Source: an uncultured Planctomycetia bacterium (GTDB lineage: Bacteria; Omnitrophota; Gorgyraeia; Pluralincolimonadales; CAZUZR01). Taken from it: a stretch of DNA of 50,259 bases. The DNA is taken from assembly GCA_964641235.1 (NCBI GenBank), contig CAZXJX010000001.1:1-50259 (forward strand), in the 5' to 3' direction. Below the pieces are notes generated by a model. That model saw only the letters and a list, made by a program, of their open reading frames with translations. It did no database searches and was not told the DNA's origin. The position numbers and the translations under genes were made by a program. Positions within the stretch are counted from its first letter, which is position 1; each line of letters starts with the position of its first letter. Positions 45,025-50,259 of the stretch are shown here, piece by piece.

Positions 45025-45861
45025 ATGCTGAAAATCCGCGAAATCCATTGCAAAACCCTCCTTAATAAATCAAGTATTTGCGATTTCACCATTAATTGTT
45101 ATGTCGGCTGTACCCACCGGTGTCTGTATTGCTATGCCCGCTATATGAAGAAATTCAAAGAAAGGCCTGAGGATTGGGGTGAATTTGTAGATGTTAAGAT
45201 AAACGCCCCTGAAATCCTGGCAAAACAAATTAAAAAGATAAAGCTACCCAAAGAGGTGTATATGAGCACTGTCTGCGATGGCTGGCAACCTGTTGAGGAA
45301 AAATATCGGCTCTCAAGAGATTGCCTTAAGATACTTTTAGAAGCGGGCCTTAATGTCTCCATACTTACAAAAAGCAGTCTTGTAAGGCGCGATTTTGACC
45401 TTTTAGGGGCTTATAATAAAGCATCTAGCTTAGGTGTGACTATTACCACCCTCGACCCCAAACTAAAGGAAACCCTAGAGCCCTACGCTTCAGACCCTCA
45501 AGATAGAATAAATGTCCTTAAAGAAGCTCAAGAAAAGGGCATAAAAACCTGGGTTTTTTTAGGGCCACTTGTGCCGGTATTTACGGATACCGAAGCCAAT
45601 TTAGAAGCTATTTTCAGCAGTTTAAAAAACCTTGACCTGGAAGAAATCTATATTGATAGATTAAATCCTCGCTGGGGTGTCTCAGAAAGCCTTAAAAAGG
45701 GATTAGAGAGAAGGGGAGAGGATTATAATAAAGTTAGCTCGTTACTTAGTCACTACACCAGCCGTACCAAATACCAGAATTACAGCCGCAGATTAAAGCA
45801 CAATGCCTTAAAATTCGCCTCCAAATACGGCCTCTCCGATGAGCTTAGGTTTTGCTTTTAA
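45025..45861 (+). CDS. Radical SAM protein of the SplB-like / DNA-repair-photolyase (COG1533) type
   Basis: KTLLNKSSICDFTINCYVGCTHRCLYCYARYM is the CX3CX2C cluster in the context typical of COG1533. No SPASM-type extra Cys clusters. Confidence 0.75.
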   Translation: MLKIREIHCKTLLNKSSICDFTINCYVGCTHRCLYCYARYMKKFKERPEDWGEFVDVKINAPEILAKQIKKIKLPKEVYMSTVCDGWQPVEEKYRLSRDCLKILLEAGLNVSILTKSSLVRRDFDLLGAYNKASSLGVTITTLDPKLKETLEPYASDPQDRINVLKEAQEKGIKTWVFLGPLVPVFTDTEANLEAIFSSLKNLDLEEIYIDRLNPRWGVSESLKKGLERRGEDYNKVSSLLSHYTSRTKYQNYSRRLKHNALKFASKYGLSDELRFCF

Positions 45862-45874
45862 GCCTTTAAAAGAG

Positions 45875-45894
45875 GTGGTATAATATAACCGATG
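45875..45894 (+). promoter_or_regulatory. Third copy of the GTGGTATAATATAAyCGATG promoter element
   Basis: 19 of 20 nt identical to 48751-48770. Extended -10 TGGTATAAT. Confidence 0.55.
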
Positions 45895-45908
45895 TAGATA
45901 GAAAATGA

Positions 45909-45937
45909 TTGACAAAGATAAGGTTTCATGATAATAT
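45909..45937 (+). promoter_or_regulatory. Second promoter in the radical SAM / methyltransferase spacer
   Basis: TTGACA (45909-45914), 17 nt spacer, TAATAT (45932-45937). Confidence 0.45.
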
Positions 45938-46005
45938 TCTTTTTAGAATTAATGATAAATAAAAGTGGTATGTTTCGAAGGGGGAACTGCCACGTAAAAA
46001 TAATT

Positions 46006-46036
46006 AAAACCTTCGCTTGAAAGGCGAAGGTTTTTT
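46006..46036 (+). terminator. Rho-independent terminator closing a short orphan transcript
   Basis: CCTTCGC (46010-46016) pairs with GCGAAGG (46024-46030), preceded by AAAA and followed by TTTTTT. Confidence 0.75.
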
Positions 46037-46200
46037 ATTTAGAGATTATGCAAACAATTACGTCTGTCTCTTGTTTATGTGTAGGTTTTAAAATAATCAA
46101 GAAATTTTTATTAGATTTCGCGAGCCTTTACGTCTATTATAATAATAGAAGGAAAGAAGAGATTAATAAGGTATAATATTGGAGACTAACGAAAAATACT

Positions 46201-47616
46201 ATGAATAAGTCTTTAATAGATAAAGAATTTATTGAAAATATCAAAAATGATTCTAGAAATCTTTCTTCTTTTGTGAAAGGACAAAACGAAGGAAATGTTA
46301 TTCATTTGCTCAACAAAATCGGAAGACTGGATGACAATTTTAATAAAGATTCCTTAATGCCTTTACTTGATAGTGAAAATGAAGATATCAGAGCCCTTGC
46401 AATAAAAAATTTGGCAAAACTCGAAGACATCCGCTTATTAACTATTTTCTTGGCTAAAGCTAAAGAAGATAAAGGTACAACAGTCAGGCGTGAAGCAGTT
46501 TCAGCGATAGGTAGACTGCGTAATCAAAAAGCAATACCATTTTTAATAGAATTATTGCATGATTCTGATCCTAAGGTTGTTATGCAGGCAATAAGGGGCC
46601 TGCTTGTTTTTAAATATAATCAAGAAGTCAGACTGAGACTAAAGAAGCTTCTAGCGCATCCCAACGAGATGATCAAAGAGGTAATAAATAAAGAATTGAA
46701 CGGTTCCAATCATATTAGCAAGAGCAGTTTAAAGCACAATGAATCGCCAGTATTTTTACAGAATGTGGTTGTTCATGCTGATGTATTAGAGGTTCTTAAA
46801 TACTTAGAAGAAGAATCTGTGCATCTAACTTTTACTTCACCACCATATTATAATGCGCGAGACTACTCAATTTATCAGAGTTATGAAGAGTACTTAAATT
46901 TCCTGGAGCGTGTCTTTAAGGAAGTTCATAGGGTAACAAAAGAAGGTAGATTTTTTATATTGAATACGTCCCCAATTATAATCCCTCGCGTCAGTCGTCA
47001 ACATTCAAGCAGGCGGTATCCTATCCCATTTGATATACATCCACGGTTAGTAAATATGGGGTGGGAGTTTATTGACGATATTGTTTGGGTAAAGCCAGAG
47101 GCATGTGTTAAAAATAGGAATGCAGGATTTCTCCAGCATAGGAAACCTTTAGCATATAAGCCAAATTCCGTTTCTGAGATGTTGATGGTTTACAGAAAGA
47201 AAACAGATAAGTTAATAGATTGGAATATTGAGCAGTATGATTGGGAGACGATAAAGAAAAGCAAAGTTGCGGATAAATATGAAACAACCAACGTATGGAA
47301 GATTGATCCGACTTTCGATAAAACACACACAGCCGTATTCCCTATTGAGTTATGTAATAGAGTCATAAAGTTCTATTCTTATGAAGGAGATCTAGTTTTT
47401 GATCCCTTTGCTGGTAGCGGAACGCTCGGTAGGGCAGCCATAAATCTTAAAAGGTATTTTTTCTTGGTAGATAAAGAAGAGAGATATTTCTCGAGAATGA
47501 AAGAAACATTAAATAAAAGCGGCAGTTTATTTCTGAAGAATAAATTGCCACAATTTTTTGATATAAAAACTTTTATTGCGAGGGCTAAAAATGACGCTAA
47601 CGGAAAAAGTAACTAA
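46201..47616 (+). CDS. HEAT-repeat domain fused to a beta-class N4-cytosine/N6-adenine DNA methyltransferase
   Basis: The N-terminal ~150 aa have PBS-lyase-type HEAT repeats (DSENEDIRALAIKNLAKL, TVRREAVSAIGRL, DSDPKVVMQAIRGL). Motif IV FTSPPYY then precedes motif I FDPFAGSGT. Confidence 0.8.
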   Translation: MNKSLIDKEFIENIKNDSRNLSSFVKGQNEGNVIHLLNKIGRLDDNFNKDSLMPLLDSENEDIRALAIKNLAKLEDIRLLTIFLAKAKEDKGTTVRREAVSAIGRLRNQKAIPFLIELLHDSDPKVVMQAIRGLLVFKYNQEVRLRLKKLLAHPNEMIKEVINKELNGSNHISKSSLKHNESPVFLQNVVVHADVLEVLKYLEEESVHLTFTSPPYYNARDYSIYQSYEEYLNFLERVFKEVHRVTKEGRFFILNTSPIIIPRVSRQHSSRRYPIPFDIHPRLVNMGWEFIDDIVWVKPEACVKNRNAGFLQHRKPLAYKPNSVSEMLMVYRKKTDKLIDWNIEQYDWETIKKSKVADKYETTNVWKIDPTFDKTHTAVFPIELCNRVIKFYSYEGDLVFDPFAGSGTLGRAAINLKRYFFLVDKEERYFSRMKETLNKSGSLFLKNKLPQFFDIKTFIARAKNDANGKSN

Positions 47617-48508
47617 AAACATTATAATTAAACTTGTCAAAGGACAGGATTATCGCATTGAAATTGTCACTCTTATAAATGCCGCATTTTTACAATATGC
47701 GATAGACTTTTTCAAGCGAGTCGTCGATGCTAAATTAAAAAATGAAAAAATTACAACAGATTGGTATAAAAAAGAATTTCTTAATCCTGATCTGCCATCG
47801 AACGAAATCGCGATTCATTCCGGTCTTAATAAAAAGACTATAATGAATATGTATAACTCTGCGAAGAAAGAAATAGTTATTGATGCGGCAAACGAGCATT
47901 ATGATGCGCTATATGAGGCAATACAAAGCTTAGTAGACACCGATGGAGAAATAGATATAACTCTTACGATTAAACTTCGGGGAGTGAGCGTAGATCTGAA
48001 TGTTAGCGAGAGTTTAATAGCGATAAATACACTTGCTGTTAAAAGAGCTGAATTAAGGGGTGGTTTATGGAGTACTGCTGGTAAAAGAGTAGAAAAACCT
48101 TTAATGATTACGTTATGCAAAATTTATGGAGTTGCAGATGAGTTCTATAAGATAAAAGTTGCTAATCAAGAAGTTGATAATGACATTGATTTTGAGCGAG
48201 AAATCGATTTTTATCTTGTTGATCCAAAGGTAAGTAAAGAATATAAATGTGAAGTTAAACTAATGGGAAGAGGCAACCCGGAAAGTGCGGACGCCGTTAT
48301 AGCAAGAGATAGTAAAGTATTCATTGCAGATAAATTGTCGGATACTAACAAGAAGCAATTAAATAAGCTAAAAATAGAATGGGTCGAATTGCATGATGGA
48401 TATCAGCGATTCGAAAAAGTACTTTCGAATTTGAAAATTCCGCATAATAATTTTGAAGGAGATATTGATTATAAGCTCGAAGAAATATTTAAAGAAATTT
48501 TTAAATAG
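47591..48508 (+). CDS. Probable type II restriction endonuclease (PD-(D/E)XK-like)
   Basis: Overlaps the methyltransferase by 26 nt, with SD GAGGG before ATG 47591. Candidate catalytic pattern EREIDFYLVD...CEVKLMG (D...ExK). No other recognisable family. Confidence 0.5.
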   Translation: MTLTEKVTKNIIIKLVKGQDYRIEIVTLINAAFLQYAIDFFKRVVDAKLKNEKITTDWYKKEFLNPDLPSNEIAIHSGLNKKTIMNMYNSAKKEIVIDAANEHYDALYEAIQSLVDTDGEIDITLTIKLRGVSVDLNVSESLIAINTLAVKRAELRGGLWSTAGKRVEKPLMITLCKIYGVADEFYKIKVANQEVDNDIDFEREIDFYLVDPKVSKEYKCEVKLMGRGNPESADAVIARDSKVFIADKLSDTNKKQLNKLKIEWVELHDGYQRFEKVLSNLKIPHNNFEGDIDYKLEEIFKEIFK

Positions 48509-48556
48509 AAAGTTAGAGATTAATAAAGAGTGGATAGAAAGTAGAAAATGTTATAA

Positions 48557-48588
48557 GGCAACTCTCTAAAAGATAGGGGTTGCTTTTT
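48557..48588 (+). terminator. Terminator after the endonuclease gene; inverted copy of the 44222 hairpin
   Basis: GGCAACTCT...AGGGGTTGC followed by TTTTT. Confidence 0.6.
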
Positions 48589-48612
48589 AGTTTGTGAAGG
48601 GGAGCATAAAAG

Positions 48613-48744
48613 ATGCTTAAAAGATGCAAAAAGTGCAAGGTTCCGCTGGAAGGATTTATGTATAAATGGATAGCGTCCAAGATATTTAAAATCAAACCCT
48701 CCGAAAAAGATCCGGAGTTGTGTAATAAGTGCGAAGAGAAGTAG
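48613..48744 (+). CDS. 43-aa Zn-ribbon-like protein
   Basis: MLKRCKKCKVPLEGFMYKWIASKIFKIKPSEKDPELCNKCEEK has two CxxC pairs. SD GGGGAG. Absent from the ORF track. The opposite-strand 87-aa track ORF here is rejected. Confidence 0.5.
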   Translation: MLKRCKKCKVPLEGFMYKWIASKIFKIKPSEKDPELCNKCEEK

Positions 48745-48762
48745 TAAATAGTGGTATAATAT
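48691..48762 (+). repeat. Direct repeat DR1b (3' end of the intact Zn-ribbon gene plus extended -10 promoter)
   Basis: Partner of 44097-44167. TGGTATAAT at 48752-48760 drives the following operon. Confidence 0.9.
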
Positions 48763-48789
48763 AATCGATGCCGCAAAAGGAGGTGTTAA

Positions 48790-49053
48790 ATGAAATCAAA
48801 TAATGAAGAAGATAATGAAGAAGATAATGAATGGCTTGCAGTAATTGGTCGATCGCTAGCTTTTCTATGTTTAGTTCAAGCAGATCTTCGCAATAAAGAT
48901 TTAGCTACTCAAGGTCGGTTTCTTGAACTACTCGGTCTCGCGCGAAAGGAAGCAGCTGCGCTACTCGGAACATCTCCCGCATCGCTAACAGAATTGATTC
49001 GTCTAGCTACAAAGAAAAAAAGAAGGAAACGTGGATATGAAAAAAAAGGTTGA
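48790..49053 (+). CDS. Small HTH protein A (sigma-70 region-4/LuxR-like HTH, acidic head, basic tail)
   Basis: SD AAAGGAGG. NNEEDNEEDNE head, hydrophobic helix IGRSLAFLCLV, HTH LGLARKEAAALLGTSPASLTELIRLA, tail KKKRRKRG. Confidence 0.55.
   Translation: MKSNNEEDNEEDNEWLAVIGRSLAFLCLVQADLRNKDLATQGRFLELLGLARKEAAALLGTSPASLTELIRLATKKKRRKRGYEKKG
48802..48831 (+). repeat. 12-nt tandem repeat (2.5 copies) inside small HTH gene A
   Basis: aatgaagaagat aatgaagaagat aatgaa, encoding NEEDNEEDNE. Confidence 0.9.
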
Positions 49054-49273
49054 TATATCATCGGATAGTAAAAGCCTCAGTAGCATCAACGTAGGGCAGC
49101 TAGAAAAACTAACCCGTCTTCTTGCATTGCTAGTTGTAAAAGGTGAATCTCAGCCGGAGAAGATAAAGGTACTTGCTGGTGCGGGTTTTACGAATACCGA
49201 AATAGCCGAATTGTTAGAAATTACGGCCAATGCAGTCAACATAGTGCTACATCGTCTTCGGACCAAGAAGTAA
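49037..49273 (+). CDS. Small HTH protein B (paralogue of A; sigma-70 region-4-like)
   Basis: LTRLLALLVV helix followed by AGFTNTEIAELLEITANAVNIVLHRLRTKK. ATG 49037 (AAGGA 8 nt upstream) is preferred to GTG 49031. Overlaps gene A by 17 nt. Confidence 0.55.
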   Translation: MKKKVDISSDSKSLSSINVGQLEKLTRLLALLVVKGESQPEKIKVLAGAGFTNTEIAELLEITANAVNIVLHRLRTKK

Positions 49274-49295
49274 AATGAATTAACAATAAAGAACA

Positions 49296-50162
49296 ATGGC
49301 CAGAATTAATCAAAAGTTATTTAACCGACTAAAAGAGAAACTTGATTTAAAACCAGCTAGGATATATGAACTTATTGACGCTAAGGTACGAAGTGCATCG
49401 CTTCCGCGTCATCTCGCAGCAATTGCTGTTGCTGCCGAACAAGGAATAAATATTTCAAAATATGCAAGCGGTGAAGACTTGTCTGCAATTCGACAGTCAG
49501 CAATTAGTGCTGCACCTACCCCCATAGTGTTAAAAACGAGTACTTTATCTGATAGGAGTATCTCGCGGTTTCCAGCGAAAGCAAAACGGACTGCTGATAC
49601 TCAAAAGCGACGGGGAACTACTGTTTTTGTTGTACACGGTAGAGACTTAGCAGCACGCGATGCGGTTTTTTCTTTTCTTCGGGCTCTCGGTCTCAGACCT
49701 CTTGAATGGACGCAGGCACTCAAGTTAACAAAAAAGGGAACACCCTATGTTGGTGAAGTGTTGGATGCAGCTTTTGGCGAAGCTGCCGCCATAATTGTTC
49801 TACTTACACCTGATGACGAAGCCAGATTGAAGTCCGAGTTGACTTTTCCACACGATTCTAAAGATGAATGTAAACTGACTGGACAAGCACGTCCCAACGT
49901 TCTGTTTGAAGCCGGTATGGCATTCGGGAAAAATCCGAACTCAACAGTTCTTATACAACTTGGCAACATGCGTCCTTTTAGCGATATTGGCGGTAGACAT
50001 GTTCTACAACTAAATAATAGTGCCACAAGTCGTCAAGAGTTTGTAGTTAAACTAGCTAATGCCGGTTGCAATGTAGATAACTCTGGATTGGACTGGTTGA
50101 AGGAAGGTGATTTTCAGGCGAATCCTGTAAGAGTCAATTCAGTACGTAGGCGTCTTAAGTAG
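49296..50162 (+). CDS. TIR-like (CAP12/PycTIR, COG4271 type) effector-domain protein with uncharacterised N-terminal domain
   Basis: The C-terminal ~180 aa carry TVFVVHGRD, IIVLLTPDDE, ARPNVLFEAGMAFG and RPFSDIGGRHV blocks. The N-terminal ~105 aa are helical then basic, with no known sensor motif. Confidence 0.7.
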   Translation: MARINQKLFNRLKEKLDLKPARIYELIDAKVRSASLPRHLAAIAVAAEQGINISKYASGEDLSAIRQSAISAAPTPIVLKTSTLSDRSISRFPAKAKRTADTQKRRGTTVFVVHGRDLAARDAVFSFLRALGLRPLEWTQALKLTKKGTPYVGEVLDAAFGEAAAIIVLLTPDDEARLKSELTFPHDSKDECKLTGQARPNVLFEAGMAFGKNPNSTVLIQLGNMRPFSDIGGRHVLQLNNSATSRQEFVVKLANAGCNVDNSGLDWLKEGDFQANPVRVNSVRRRLK

Positions 50163-50181
50163 TTTTTAGTGCCATCCTAAA
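50163..50181 (+). repeat. Second copy of the TTTTTrGTGCCATCCTAmA motif
   Basis: 17 of 19 nt identical to 44870-44888. Both copies begin within ~22 nt after the stop codon of the last gene of a DR1-driven unit. Statistical support is weak (see findings). Confidence 0.4.
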
Positions 50182-50210
50182 CTATAAGTTCGAGATGTGC
50201 CATCGAAAAA

Positions 50211-50256
50211 CCCGCCAATTGACCCCCCGAATGCCCAAAATCAGGGCATTGGCGGG
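50211..50256 (+). other. Two-tier hairpin at the window edge
   Basis: Outer CCCGCC/GGCGGG and inner AATGCCC/GGGCATT stems. The window ends before any T-run can be seen. Confidence 0.4.
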
Positions 50257-50259
50257 GGA

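Noticed and set aside
45952-46020. 22-codon ORF (MINKSGMFRRGNCHVKIIKTFA) as a RiPP precursor for the adjacent radical SAM enzyme
   Set aside because: It has no SD and runs into the terminator stem. The radical SAM protein is SplB/COG1533-like with no SPASM or RRE features, and no other maturation or export genes are present.
48513-48776. 87-aa minus-strand ORF
   Set aside because: It lies opposite a terminator, a well-formed 43-aa CxxC...CxxC ORF with SD, and the promoter repeat. Its low-complexity His/Leu/Ser/Tyr composition suggests an antisense artefact.
44870-50181. TTTTTrGTGCCATCCTAmA copies as attL/attR of a 5.3-kb mobile element
   Set aside because: Only 17/19 identity. A back-of-envelope estimate gives on the order of 0.5 such matches by chance in 50 kb, and no integrase or transposase is present. 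It is kept only as a weak observation attached to the local inverted-repeat array.
1-50259. CRISPR arrays, rRNA, tmRNA, RNase P, SRP RNA, transposases, integrases, reverse transcriptases
   Set aside because: None found. No regularly spaced repeats, no conserved RNA cores (e.g. GAGGAAAGTCC, or a tmRNA tag plus tRNA-like end), and no recombinase-like ORFs in any frame of the track.

Overview
This is a 50.3-kb stretch of a compact bacterial chromosome. All convincing genes but two are on the + strand, and many are joined by 1-20 nt overlaps. The gene content (small-basic-protein family, several PilZ and SPOR proteins, an ExeA/GspB-like pair) would fit an uncultivated PVC/Omnitrophota-like lineage, but that is a guess. 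Bases 1-44090 are mostly housekeeping: rpsU, a fused double M16 peptidase, rmuC, Trm112, aroQ-pepP-efp-accB-accC, pfk, gmhA/rfaE-II, thiE/thiC, tRNA-Gly(CCC), a LysM-M23 lipoprotein, a UvrD-nuclease fusion, cspA, aroB, rnc, three tandem PilZ genes, plsC, a PolX/TIM-barrel/EndoIII-like repair cluster and a K+ channel. Bases ~44.1-50.26 kb look accessory. Two ~71-nt direct repeats each carry the 3' end of a tiny Zn-ribbon gene plus an extended -10 promoter. They bracket a PEGA lipoprotein, a SplB-like radical SAM gene and an AT-rich type II R-M pair whose methyltransferase has an N-terminal HEAT-repeat domain. The second repeat drives the most unusual unit: two paralogous sigma-70-region-4-like mini-proteins followed by an orphan CAP12/PycTIR-type TIR-like effector with no known sensor or signal-generating partner. 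Non-coding candidates include a ~220-nt rod-shaped RNA with a perfect consensus promoter and terminator (35.9-36.15 kb) and a riboswitch-like leader with GEMM-I-like blocks (40.28-40.40 kb). Others are a duplicated tRNA 3' end around a GC-rich filler, an orphan promoter-terminator unit, and a four-site inverted-repeat array. All calls rest on reading motifs by eye; no searches were run.
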